IMG/VR virus record: IMGVR_UViG_3300033463_000013
Coordinates: 96,001 to 160,000 of that record
Length of the DNA stretch: 64,000 bases
Reading direction: 5' to 3' (one strand)
Source: a virus
Taxonomy: Duplodnaviria > Caudoviricetes
Notes under the pieces: generated by a model
Databases searched by the model: none
The model's input: only the letters and a program-made list of their open reading frames with translations
What the model was told of the DNA's origin: nothing
Shown here: positions 54,530 to 64,000 of the stretch, one piece after another
Layout: each line of letters begins with the position of its first letter
Numbering within the stretch: position 1 is the stretch's first letter
Translations under genes and position numbers: made by a program

Positions 54530-55047
54530 TATAGATTTTCTTCTCCTTTAAAGTTATCTTTAAGTTTTTGTGATTCTATTTGTGCCAAACGGTCGCATTC
54601 GTTATTCCAATAGTTAGAACCATGTCCTTTAACTTTAGAAAAATGATACCAAAAATCATCAAAAAATGGAATTATTTGAATCCACAGGTCTTGATTAGCA
54701 ACATCTTGGCCTTTTGCATTTACCCAACCATTACGTTGCCAATTTTCATACCATTCATCATTATAACAATTAATGGCATAGGCTGAATCACTATAAATTA
54801 TGACGCTTTCATTAGGGTGCCGGTTTTTCTGCGCGAATTCTAAGGCATTGCGTATCGCCAATAATTCCATACGCTGGTTTGTGGTCCCATATTCGCTTCC
54901 GGCCACCTCATAAATTCGTTCTCCCCCACGAAGAGCAATGAAGCTCCAGCCGCCGAATGTTGCGTTGGTTCCTAATTTTTTACATGAACCATCTGTATAA
55001 ATTTCAAGCTGTGCAATTTGCGCTTTGCTTCTTTTCTCTTGTATCAT
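54529..55047 (-). CDS. rnhA: Ribonuclease HI
   Basis: IYTDGSC, TTNQRMEL, SDSAY, NQDLW, KVKGH, NNECDRLA. Confidence 0.93.
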   Translation of the reverse strand: MIQEKRSKAQIAQLEIYTDGSCKKLGTNATFGGWSFIALRGGERIYEVAGSEYGTTNQRMELLAIRNALEFAQKNRHPNESVIIYSDSAYAINCYNDEWYENWQRNGWVNAKGQDVANQDLWIQIIPFFDDFWYHFSKVKGHGSNYWNNECDRLAQIESQKLKDNFKGEENL

Positions 55048-55072
55048 GAATTATCCTCCTTTACTTAAATTA

Positions 55073-55101
55073 ATTATAATATAATTTAAGAAAAAAGTCA
55101 A
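55073..55101 (-). promoter_or_regulatory. sigmaA-type promoter
   Basis: TTGACT-17 bp-TATAAT. Confidence 0.75.
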
Positions 55102-55628
55102 CTATTTGATTCAGGGAGGGTCTTTCTTTCTTCCAAGGCTTTGATGTCCTTATAATATTTTTCACCTTGCCCGTTACCGCCAAGCTAATCATGATAGATA
55201 TGATATATATGATCAATTTCCATCATTTCTGTATCAGTTACGTATCCGCGCTCGGTTAATACTTTATTCCAACGATATAAAGTATCAAATAATTCCATCT
55301 GTGTTCCATTACCAATAATTTCTAATCGGCCATTTATATGATTTATTTCTTTTTCTAAACCACAAACTTTAGCATTCATACCTTCAACGGTATCACTTAA
55401 ATCATGAACTTTTTCCTTAATGTTACCCATTGAAGTTTCAAGGTTATTAACTTTACTATTCATATTATCTACTGTAGAGGCTAAAGTTTTAATTCCTTTA
55501 TTAATTTCATTAATGCGTAAGCAATTATCTTTTGATCCGCTTAGAAATTCATCCATCTTAATTTCGCGCTCAATACGTTTACGGTGGCGTTCTCCGAGTT
55601 TATTAAGGTAGTCAATAAATTTAGACAT
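55098..55628 (-). CDS. Coiled-coil phage protein with C-terminal YHxxLGGNG motif, 176 aa (one TAG)
   Basis: Reading through the TAG at 55185-55187 gives IYHDQLGGNGQGEKYYKDIKAL, ending TGA 55098; AAGGAGGTG RBS. Confidence 0.7.
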
Positions 55629-55685
55629 TATATTTCACCTCCTTTGGAAGAAATATATAAACAGTTCTTTACGGATTATAATCAA

Positions 55686-58583
55686 TTACATTTCAACATT
55701 TCCTAGCGTTTTATTAATACTATTCATAATATCCATTAATCCAGCTAAAAATAAAATTTTTAATTGGACACCTTGAGATACACGAATACCAGTAGTTAAC
55801 CATGCATTTCTATCAGCTGATTGAATATGCTCTTTATATGGTCTATTAGGAACTAACTCTTCTGAAGCTGGGTTGATGATAGTAATACCTGCACCAATTT
55901 TTTGTGGAATTTTCTATATATTAGTAATAACATCTTGCTATATAGAATCTAATGTACGCTTAAGTACGGTAGAACCAGTTACATATATACCATTTACATT
56001 ATATAAATGTAAAATTTTTCTACTATTGTGTTTTCCAGTCTAAATAATTTTATCTGATAAATTATCAATGATTTTTGCTTCTACACCACCCTCATCAAAT
56101 AGTGCGAAAGCCATTAGTGATCCTAAATATTGTTCTATACTATCTTTGTTCTTTTCTCCAACCATAGATTCTGGGAAACAGTTAATAATAGCTGATTTTA
56201 ACCAAATCATATCACTTGCAGGAATTTCTAATCCCGCAGATGAAAAAATATCAGAAATATTAGATAATTGCTAATCTAAGTGACCACCAATATTACCACC
56301 AACAAAACCTAATTGATTGACATAATCATTATGAGATTTTACAGTAGTGGATACATAGAATGATGATTGTAGTACATTAAGAAATTCAGTACGATATTTT
56401 TCAATCTCTTTTTTACCGCTTGCATCATCGGTATTTTCTTTTAAATAATTTATATATTTATTAACGGCTTCTTCTAATTTATTATAAGCTATTTTTATAT
56501 TTTCATCTAAGTCTTTTCCATCTTTATCTAAATTTATTCTATTTAATATATCGGTATCTAGCACAGTATCCATTTTTGAATATCGTTGACTATCTTTATG
56601 TAATGAATCGGCCTATTTATCTATTACTTTTTGATATTCATGTAATAGATTTATTTGAGCTTCTTGAATTTTTGCTTCCATTTCATTTATTACTGTATCA
56701 TCCACAAGAGCATATACAAGTGCTTTATTTCGAACTTTACTTTTATCAATCAATATATGGACACTATCATTTTTTCCACGCGTTTGGTTCCACGTAATTG
56801 CTCCACGATTAGATTGACGAAACTATAATGTTGTCATTAATTCTGCAAGCGCGGGTCCATCTATAGATATATTTAATGAACGTAATTCCTATCTTACTTC
56901 AGAAATTAATCTATCTTCAGATATACCAAAATCGCTTGATTTTAATGCAGTAATAATATTTTGACGTAAAATTTTTGATGCTCGCGATTTTAAAGTCTAT
57001 AAAGTAGAGGTTAATGTCTATGCATTAAAAGATTTTAATGCAAAAGAATCATAACGATTATCCTATTTTAATGCTACAATTAGAGAGTCCTAGTCTATTT
57101 GTACTTTACCATTAACAACCATAATTTTAATAGTCGCTTTTGCATTTTTTGAAAGCTTGATTTCTTTCTAAAAATCTATTTCTGTTTTATGTAATTTTTT
57201 TAATTTAGCATCATATTGTTCTTGAAATTGATTCACTTTTTTTCTAATTTTTTCTATTTCATGTACTAATGAAACAATATTATCTGTACGTTCTAAAATT
57301 GTTTCATCAGTAGGAGCATTTGATTTAGCCATGGCTTGAATTAAATATGATTCAGATTTTTTAGGATTTTTCTATATTGTACTTTTTTCTTCTTCTATTA
57401 ATTTAGATACATAAGAAAATAATTCTATAGCTGATTTTTTTTCTAATTCTGCAATAGAAGTAATATCATTCATTAATTCTGGTGTTTTTACATTGCGTCC
57501 AAATGTAGTATCTAAATTAGTAATATTTAATTCAGTTGTCATATCCAATACACCGTTATCATCTATATTACGCATAATATTTTTTTCTATTTGCTTAACT
57601 AATTCTTCAGAAATTGCTTGATTCATAGTCAATTTTAAATCATGTATACCATAATCAATAATGACCTAAATTATTGATTCTTGTACTTCATCATTTAATA
57701 ATTTAAAATTTCCATTAACTGGATACTATTCTTCTATTTTTTTTGCTAATTTATTTATAAAATTACTATCAGACGAAACTTTGGCAATCATCTATTCGAT
57801 CCAAGCCGCGAAGTGTTTAGAAATAGTTTGATTAGCTATACTTTGAATAGATTTTCCTCCGTAAAGAATTGCCCTTCCTGTCTTTTTATCTATACGACTT
57901 AACTATTTTTTTTCTGTATATTCGACTAAAAATTTTCTTTGCAGCCTATCTTGAGCATTTTGTCTCATTATTTCCTATAATTCATTAGATTTACCTTTAC
58001 TATACCCAACACCCGCTGCCTAATTTCCTCTACCCTTAATAATATGTTCTACTTGTTTCTAGACAGCTTCAACACGTTTCATTTCTGTATTAAGAATAGT
58101 CTTCATATTATCTTGTCCTTGTAGAATTAAATTACAAAGACTATTAATTTTATCTTTAGGTACAATTCCACTTTCTGAACTAGTATTAATTGTATCTTCT
58201 AAATCTTTAATTTCTTTAATTTTTTCACGCTCTTCTTTAGTAAAATTCTTACGTAAATCTTTTATCATAAGATCAAAATACTATTTTTCATTTGCATATT
58301 CATATGCTATAGCTTTCTATAAGAAAGCTACTATTTGTGACATTTTATTTAAAAAATAACTGTCGTGTTCATCTTGTGTCATACCAGGAAGTACTGAATG
58401 ACTTACCGCATCCATAGCCGCAGTTGCAGCACGCTCACCAGCCAAGTCTACATTCCATGCGCTTTTTGTGTTTTTAGATTTAGAATCGGCCCAAGCATAT
58501 TTAGTTAGACTTTTAAAATAAACATAATCTGGTGACCATCCTTCGTAGAAAGCCAAGTTACCAGCCTAAGCAAAGGTTGCCAT
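55686..58583 (-). CDS. Large hypothetical protein, about 965 aa, TAG-rich
   Basis: Fragments 58317-58556, 58059-58268, 57372-57632 and 56271-56573 are in one frame separated by TAGs; GGAGGTG RBS before ATG 58583; TAA at 55686. Not every intervening codon was checked. Confidence 0.75.
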
Positions 58584-58597
58584 TCTTTCACCTCCAA

Positions 58598-58630
58598 TTA
58601 AAATAAGCCATTCAAACAGAATGGCTTTTC
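58598..58630 (-). terminator. Intrinsic terminator
   Basis: AAGCCATTC-AAACA-GAATGGCTT hairpin with A/T tracts on both sides. Confidence 0.7.
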
Positions 58631-58651
58631 TCTTAAAGATATGTACTTTTA

Positions 58652-59527
58652 TTAAAACTGAATCACTTCAATTTTTTCAACATCATGCTGATGAATTTCG
58701 TTATTGTCTAAATCATTATCTATAAATCCTTGTGCTTGCATAGTTAAAACATTGAGAACATAGGCTCGGCCAGTAAATACGGCGCCAGTATCCATATCTA
58801 ATTTCCAACCTGTTGTATTAGGGATAAAATCATTTTCACGTTTATACATAACAGGAGTAATATCGCAATCTTCTGGCCACTCAAACTTGTCAAGATAATC
58901 GCTAAGATATGGAGTAGGAGTATGACCAAAAACACATATTCTATCTGGCGCCCAACCCACATCAATCGTGGTGCGACTCCAAATTAGATGGTCAATATCC
59001 CAGCTAGGAATTTCTTTTCCTTCATATTCAAGATTTGCTATCTCTTTAAAAGCCTTATAAGTACTACCAGCATGACAAAAGTCTACTTTATTATAAGTAA
59101 AAGTAAGTGGAAGATGTTCTACACGTTCTACTATATCCATTGGCATACCATCAAGAATCCAATCAGTTAATGTAACAAGACCACCATTATAAAGTGAATC
59201 TTGAATTGCCGCATATTTATAATCAAAATGCTTACAAGCATTAAGAACCTTATGAATCTTTTCTTTATCTGCGTCTTCGAAATTAAATTTTTCTTTAATT
59301 TCACGCGCTGCTTTGGAAAACATATCTTCATGATTACCTTTAAGATATACAACTTTAGGATTCTCAAGCAGTTCTTTCATAATTGCATATCCATCTTTAC
59401 CGCGATCAATAGCATCGCCGCCAAAGATAATCATTGCTTCATCATCTTGTTTATGACAATAATTCATGATAGCATCAAAGAGTGGACGTGCACCATGAAT
59501 ATCGGTAAAATAAAAAACATCATGCAT
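58652..59527 (-). CDS. Metallophosphoesterase (Ser/Thr protein phosphatase family)
   Basis: TDIHG, GDAIDRG, KGNHE, HAG, FGHTP, DTGA. Confidence 0.9.
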   Translation of the reverse strand: MHDVFYFTDIHGARPLFDAIMNYCHKQDDEAMIIFGGDAIDRGKDGYAIMKELLENPKVVYLKGNHEDMFSKAAREIKEKFNFEDADKEKIHKVLNACKHFDYKYAAIQDSLYNGGLVTLTDWILDGMPMDIVERVEHLPLTFTYNKVDFCHAGSTYKAFKEIANLEYEGKEIPSWDIDHLIWSRTTIDVGWAPDRICVFGHTPTPYLSDYLDKFEWPEDCDITPVMYKRENDFIPNTTGWKLDMDTGAVFTGRAYVLNVLTMQAQGFIDNDLDNNEIHQHDVEKIEVIQF

Positions 59528-59553
59528 AATCTTTCACTTCCTTTCATATTAAA

Positions 59554-59582
59554 ATTATACTAAAAATTCTATAAAAAGTCAA
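59554..59582 (-). promoter_or_regulatory. sigmaA-type promoter
   Basis: TTGACT-17 bp-TATAAT. Confidence 0.75.
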
Positions 59583-59583
59583 A

Positions 59584-59612
59584 TAAAAAATGAGGCTTAA
59601 TGATTAGCCTCA
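59584..59612 (-). terminator. Intrinsic terminator
   Basis: TGAGGCT...AGCCTCA hairpin followed by TTTTTT on the minus strand. Confidence 0.7.
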
Positions 59613-59728
59613 TATCTACGAATCTGACGATTCAACTTGTTAATAATACCTTTATTTTCTTCGGCTCCACGAGCAGTTAGAAGATTGCGCCGATACAACC
59701 ATCTTAGATACTTAGCATATTCACTCAT
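59597..59728 (-). CDS. Small basic protein, 43 aa
   Basis: AGGAGG RBS; MSEYAKYLRWLYRRNLLTARG...; below the ORF-track size cutoff. Confidence 0.5.
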   Translation of the reverse strand: MSEYAKYLRWLYRRNLLTARGAEENKGIINKLNRQIRRYEANH

Positions 59729-60134
59729 TATATATAATCCTCCTATATACTTTCTCAATCTCATCAAAGTTATCAAACATACCGCATTCGTGCTTTTCAG
59801 ACAAATTATAATAACATACAGTTAGATAAAAATCACTCATTTTAAAGGCATAAACCTGTTCAAGCGGAAGAAGCGTCCAATCGGGCTTTAGTGCTACAAT
59901 TTTATCCCAAACGCTATTCATGGTTTTATATCCACGTCGAGTCATTTCTTGTCTAATATAATAAGCATATGAAATAAAATGATCGTAATCATAATCTAAA
60001 ACAAAATTTACAAGCACATGGTTTGGCGTTCCATTTTTTTGAATTGCGCCAGCAATACTACTAAGTTCTCGCCACTGTGCCACTAGATGTTCACGGGGAA
60101 GAACTTCTATTAATGATGTGTGCCATAATCTCAT
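59721..60134 (-). CDS. Pyrimidine-dimer DNA glycosylase / endonuclease V-like protein
   Basis: MRLWH...LPREHLVAQWRE and EMTRRGY motifs. Confidence 0.78.
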   Translation of the reverse strand: MRLWHTSLIEVLPREHLVAQWRELSSIAGAIQKNGTPNHVLVNFVLDYDYDHFISYAYYIRQEMTRRGYKTMNSVWDKIVALKPDWTLLPLEQVYAFKMSDFYLTVCYYNLSEKHECGMFDNFDEIEKVYRRIIYNE

Positions 60135-60349
60135 TTCATTTTTACCTCTTTCCAGTCTGTAGTTTTATCACTATGCGCCCAAGTAAGAACGCCTTGACGA
60201 GCAGGGTCCCATCTATTTCTTGCATTTTCAAATCCACAATTATATACGTGTTCAAGAATCTCATGAAGTTCTTCTTGACTTAAATCATATCTCTCCCCAT
60301 TATTGGGGAGAGGAAAATCATATAATACTTGTATCATATTATCCTCCAT
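60131..60349 (-). CDS. Hypothetical protein, 72 aa
   Basis: Operon context. Confidence 0.55.
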   Translation of the reverse strand: MEDNMIQVLYDFPLPNNGERYDLSQEELHEILEHVYNCGFENARNRWDPARQGVLTWAHSDKTTDWKEVKMK

Positions 60350-61553
60350 GATACTTGAGCAAGAAGCTATTGCTTACTGCCTTAAAAGACTTTTGACCAT
60401 CGACAGTACGGAATACAATACCTTCGCGCGGAAGACCATCTACTTGAGAATTACCTTCTGCCCAGAGAAGCATATCTTCTACAGTAGCAAATTTATCAGT
60501 AAATATAATATTTTTTTCAACTACAGGAACACATGGAATATTATATTCATTAAGAGTTTGAATCATATCCATCGTGCCTACTCGACCGCAAGAGGAAAAG
60601 ATAAGATTGAAGGCTTTAAAGTCATGTCCCTTAATGGAATAATCACGTTTCTGCACCCCATCACCATAGGTTTCACCCTGGATGGTAATCCATTCTTCGT
60701 TAGGCATTTTCTTAAGAAGATCGGTCAATACATTATAAATATCATACTTCTTAGCCATTTCCCAATACACGTTCGTATCATAATAGCAAGGCTTATTTTC
60801 CTCACCAAAACATACATTACGAGAACATACATAGAAGGAATTACGACCGAATTTACCGCGTTTCATAGTAAAGGTGGTAGAAGTGCCGTCAATCTTCTCG
60901 GTAGCAATCCATACACCATCATCATTAATGATCCACGGCATATTTTGCACACGTTCTTCATCAGTTTTAGAAACCCAAGAAGGCCAGCCATTTTTCTTAT
61001 CCTTCTTCTTACCAAAGAAGAAGAAAAGAATTTTACGACCAAACTTATAGTGCATCATCCAACGAATGAAGGGCTTTTTAAATAGCTTCTGATGATGACT
61101 TGCCATCTTCTTATACTTATCTACAGAAGGAGCCTTACGAGAATTATCCTCATCATCGGCGTAAGTTACGCCAAGCTTCTTGGTAAGAAAACGAGATTCA
61201 TCCACTGGAGTATGAATCATTTCACCATCATCAATTTCACCTTGAAGAGTTACGTGCCAGCCAAAATCAGAAGGATGCATAAGTAAACCTTGTGAAAGAG
61301 TCTTACACATTTTCAGAGTTTTTACTTTATAGTGCCGTTTCTCAAGAAAAGCAAAACACTCACGATCAGAAGGAACACGGCTATCAATCTCAAAATAAAT
61401 AGCAGGATCACCAACTTTAAACTGATCCTTCTGAACAATTACACGCCAGCCGCCAACAAGAGCGTGTTCTACACGGTCATAGCCCGGAATAGGCTCAATA
61501 CCGTCAATTAATACAACATAAGCGAGTTCGCGCTCAGAATTAGCGTTCAACAT
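60339..61553 (-). CDS. RNA ligase (Rnl2/DRB0094-like)
   Basis: N-terminal OB-like domain (IEPIPGYDRVE, YFEIDS, SQGLL), KTDEERVQN, TEKIDGTS, QGETYG, REGIV, SFKAVS. Confidence 0.88.
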   Translation of the reverse strand: MLNANSERELAYVVLIDGIEPIPGYDRVEHALVGGWRVIVQKDQFKVGDPAIYFEIDSRVPSDRECFAFLEKRHYKVKTLKMCKTLSQGLLMHPSDFGWHVTLQGEIDDGEMIHTPVDESRFLTKKLGVTYADDEDNSRKAPSVDKYKKMASHHQKLFKKPFIRWMMHYKFGRKILFFFFGKKKDKKNGWPSWVSKTDEERVQNMPWIINDDGVWIATEKIDGTSTTFTMKRGKFGRNSFYVCSRNVCFGEENKPCYYDTNVYWEMAKKYDIYNVLTDLLKKMPNEEWITIQGETYGDGVQKRDYSIKGHDFKAFNLIFSSCGRVGTMDMIQTLNEYNIPCVPVVEKNIIFTDKFATVEDMLLWAEGNSQVDGLPREGIVFRTVDGQKSFKAVSNSFLLKYHGG

Positions 61554-61583
61554 ACTAATTCACTCCTTTCTCTTTACACTAAT

Positions 61584-61612
61584 ATTATATCAGAATTTTT
61601 ACTAAATGTCAA
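61584..61612 (-). promoter_or_regulatory. sigmaA-type promoter
   Basis: TTGACA-17 bp-TATAAT with TG extension. Confidence 0.8.
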
Positions 61613-61616
61613 AAAA

Positions 61617-61856
61617 TTATTTTTCCCAAGTTACAATACGCCATGTATCAAGATAATACCCTATGTCATCAACTTTAACATACATATAATTATCACTATA
61701 GCGATAAAAGCTAGTACAAATGCCTTGAATAAGCGAACCGTCTGGCATAATAATCATAGCATAACGTTCAGTTTTAACAGCTAAATCAGTGTCATTACAA
61801 CTGGTTAATATAAATAAAACGCCAACTAAAATAATACATAAAATTATTTTTTTCAT
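61617..61856 (-). CDS. Putative lipoprotein
   Basis: MKK plus hydrophobic stretch plus LTSC lipobox. Confidence 0.65.
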   Translation of the reverse strand: MKKIILCIILVGVLFILTSCNDTDLAVKTERYAMIIMPDGSLIQGICTSFYRYSDNYMYVKVDDIGYYLDTWRIVTWEK

Positions 61857-62065
61857 TTATCTAACTCCCTGTGTTCAAAGACCCATTCGCCCTCATCATT
61901 TAACCATACCATAAATACTACTTTCTGTCCATTTTTCCATCCATGAACATATCTTCGCGTGCTGTATGGCGTCATGCAAATTTCTTCAATTCTATCTATT
62001 GCATTAGCATCAAATAAAGTGTCACATACTTTATCATTAATCCACTCTTTATATTCATTACTCAT
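61853..62065 (-). CDS. Hypothetical protein
   Basis: Overlapping ORF chain. Confidence 0.55.
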   Translation of the reverse strand: MSNEYKEWINDKVCDTLFDANAIDRIEEICMTPYSTRRYVHGWKNGQKVVFMVWLNDEGEWVFEHRELDK

Positions 62066-62331
62066 TACCACAAATCCTCACTAAATAGTTCTGCACATCT
62101 AGTGTTTTCTTTTAACTGATTAAATTCCTGTGCGTGTTTCTTTGCGGCAATACGATTATAAAAATTATCGTGTTCGTCAAGGAACCCTTGTTCTAATTCT
62201 TTATAATCAATATTCTTTTTATACCTAAATTCTTTTAGAATATAAAATGCATCACAATGACGCATACAAGGAATAATCCATTCTTTATTTTGTCGTATAT
62301 CAAATATCTTTACTGCTGCTTTAACAATCAT
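62065..62331 (-). CDS. Hypothetical phage protein, 88 aa
   Basis: MIVKAAVK...RH...EQGF...LFSEDLW pattern. Confidence 0.7.
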   Translation of the reverse strand: MIVKAAVKIFDIRQNKEWIIPCMRHCDAFYILKEFRYKKNIDYKELEQGFLDEHDNFYNRIAAKKHAQEFNQLKENTRCAELFSEDLW

Positions 62332-62627
62332 TCACTATCATCCTTTACTTCATTGTACTTACCCTCCCAGAAGAAAAATTCTGTATGAGAACCAACATCC
62401 AGTTTAGTCATACCATCTTCTTCCCATACACGGGTGTAGTAACTTACAAAAGGAACTACTTTAGAAGGATCATAATCCTCACCGTATCTTTCTTTTGCAA
62501 TCTTATGTTTATTAGTATTACAATTCGCAATAAATTCCTCTATTGCCGCATTAACATCCTTCCAAGTATCACAAACTTCTTTAATCACTCTACGATCGCC
62601 ATTACTATTTTCAAACCACAGTTTCAT
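62328..62627 (-). CDS. Hypothetical phage protein, 99 aa
   Basis: YYTRVW...DVGSHTEFF pattern. Confidence 0.7.
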   Translation of the reverse strand: MKLWFENSNGDRRVIKEVCDTWKDVNAAIEEFIANCNTNKHKIAKERYGEDYDPSKVVPFVSYYTRVWEEDGMTKLDVGSHTEFFFWEGKYNEVKDDSE

Positions 62628-62820
62628 CTTTCTTTTCTTCCTTTTCTTCTTTTATTACTCCATCATAATTTGGATTAAAAGGTACCCATAATGTAAATTT
62701 ACATTGTGGACATGAAATATTTTGAGTTTTAGATACATCATTTGGCTCATATCCAATGAGGCATCCACAGTTATTACATCGCGCGATCATTCCATAGTAT
62801 CGCGTATTTAGAATTTTCAT
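62611..62820 (-). CDS. Zn-ribbon protein, 69 aa
   Basis: CNNCGC...CPQC. Confidence 0.65.
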   Translation of the reverse strand: MKILNTRYYGMIARCNNCGCLIGYEPNDVSKTQNISCPQCKFTLWVPFNPNYDGVIKEEKEEKKDETVV

Positions 62821-62825
62821 TTATA

Positions 62826-63014
62826 TCACTTCTCACATAACTTGGGGGTAGTACGGCATTGTGCAGTACATTCTTTACACCAAAAAGATTCACCGCAATG
62901 ATGCTTACAACATGATTCTCCATGAGGGGCATCATACATACAAGTTTCACACCTTTCACGATCTCTGCGTACTTGTTCCCATTTATCATATCTTCTATCA
63001 AATGTTAATCTCAT
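62826..63014 (-). CDS. Cys-rich small protein, 62 aa
   Basis: Multiple CxxC; AAGGA RBS. Confidence 0.5.
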   Translation of the reverse strand: MRLTFDRRYDKWEQVRRDRERCETCMYDAPHGESCCKHHCGESFWCKECTAQCRTTPKLCEK

Positions 63015-63015
63015 A

Positions 63016-63747
63016 TTAATATTCCTTACAGTACCATACTACTGTTACCTTATTTCCATTAATTTCTTTATGTTCTTTAACTTTCATTTTCAAAGAAACA
63101 ACTTTATCACAGGGATAATCTTTGGCGCCCGTTTCCCATACGTATGTATTATCCTCGGCATCAACCAAAGTATACGTATGTTTCGTACCAAAGTGGCTTT
63201 CTTTACTTTTTTTCTCTGTAATCTTAACTGTTTTTTGTAGCCATTCATCTACTTCACCTTGATATGTACTATTTGTTTTGCTACCGATTAATGAAGCTAC
63301 GATTTCAACAACTACATTATGCGGCTTCATTCTATCATTATAATCCATTACAGTTTCCCAAGACAATCGAATAGGAACTACATCGCTTGGAAGAGTGCAT
63401 AGGCTGATATAAGAAGGAGTATAATATCCAAAGGTAAGATTTCTCCTAAAACATTCATGGTGCTCTTCGACGCATTGTTCTAGACTTTCTTGATTTCCCT
63501 TATAAATTGTAATAAAGCCCAAATCGCCAAAACCAAATACATGACGAGCATTAAAATCCATAATATCATGTTTATCATTATTTATTATTTCATTTGGATA
63601 TAAACGATGATATTCAGCTTCAGAATACCAACGTACTTTCTTTAATCCTTTAGGTGAAATGACGTTAATATACATACGTTTATTTTCCATAAAAGGCTCA
63701 CCACTAATTTCCATATTAGCATAAGTTTTTGCAACCGCCATTTTCAC
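63016..63747 (-). CDS. Hypothetical protein, 243 aa, with OB-fold-like C-terminus
   Basis: AAGGAG RBS downstream of a promoter. Confidence 0.7.
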   Translation of the reverse strand: MKMAVAKTYANMEISGEPFMENKRMYINVISPKGLKKVRWYSEAEYHRLYPNEIINNDKHDIMDFNARHVFGFGDLGFITIYKGNQESLEQCVEEHHECFRRNLTFGYYTPSYISLCTLPSDVVPIRLSWETVMDYNDRMKPHNVVVEIVASLIGSKTNSTYQGEVDEWLQKTVKITEKKSKESHFGTKHTYTLVDAEDNTYVWETGAKDYPCDKVVSLKMKVKEHKEINGNKVTVVWYCKEY

Positions 63748-63774
63748 TCTTACTCCTTTCTTTTCTTCATATAT

Positions 63775-63803
63775 ATTATAACAAAAAATTTAAAAAAAAT
63801 CAA
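63775..63803 (-). promoter_or_regulatory. sigmaA-type promoter
   Basis: TTGATT-17 bp-TATAAT with TG extension. Confidence 0.65.
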
Positions 63804-63829
63804 CCATTTAACTATTGTCAAATGGTTGA
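63790..63829 (-). terminator. Intrinsic terminator overlapping a promoter
   Basis: TCAACCATTT...AAATGGTTGA hairpin followed by a T run on the minus strand. Confidence 0.65.
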
Positions 63830-63999
63830 AAAATATAAAATTTTTCTAACTGGCCCTGAGTAATTATGTCTTGATATTTATCTATAAAATCAAATGCAGT
63901 ATAAGCATAAATGACTGTAGAATCTTTATATCCAAATATACATTTAACTTGTTCAATTACTGGATCAGCCGCCTTAATTCGCTGTTGAAATTGTGATTT
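63808..63999 (-). CDS. Partial hypothetical protein (C-terminal end)
   Basis: Open frame from the window edge to TAA at 63808. Confidence 0.5.
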   Translation of the reverse strand, partial: KSQFQQRIKAADPVIEQVKCIFGYKDSTVIYAYTAFDFIDKYQDIITQGQLEKFYIFQPFDNS

Positions 64000-64000
64000 C

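Noticed and set aside
25222-55047. Bacterial chromosome origin of the window (dnaE, gyrA/B, recJ, rnhA, permease)
   Set aside because: The genes are divergent, packed among phage-type small ORFs, share the recoding and promoter pattern, and adjoin a tail module.
60303-61085. 260-aa + strand ORF
   Set aside because: Antisense shadow of the RNA ligase gene, with no RBS or recognisable motifs.

Overview
A 64-kb AT-rich segment of a large tailed-phage genome; GGAGG ribosome-binding sites and sigmaA-type promoters suggest an anaerobic Firmicutes host (inference). The phage appears to read TAG as glutamine (genetic code 15). Positions 1-17057 (+) look fragmented in the standard-code ORF track but resolve into three long tail genes once TAG=Gln: a tape-measure protein (>3268 aa), a distal-tail-like protein (660 aa) and a tail-tip protein (1744 aa). 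A bidirectional terminator at about 17065 separates them from a convergent minus-strand arm (17094-64000). That arm encodes DNA replication (DnaE, primase, helicase, RecJ, SSB, Sak4-like ATPase, GyrA/B, ligase, RNase H) and nucleotide metabolism (NrdD/NrdG plus a formate-channel homologue, dUTPase, dNMP kinase, nucleobase permease, nucleoside deoxyribosyltransferase). It also carries an R-M-like cluster, a 22-bp-phased repeat array (candidate origin), PhoH, ClpP, RNA ligase and many small ORFs, driven by 13 near-consensus TTGACA-N17-TATAAT promoters. Core replication genes have no in-frame TAG, while selected genes in the same operons do (RuvC-like resolvase, membrane-anchored GIY-YIG, Dam-like MTase, PIN-PhoH, ClpP, a 965-aa orphan), suggesting gene-by-gene translational gating. 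No suppressor tRNA, release factor, integrase or CRISPR array was seen. Product calls come from motif recognition and TAG counts are manual; no database searches were run.
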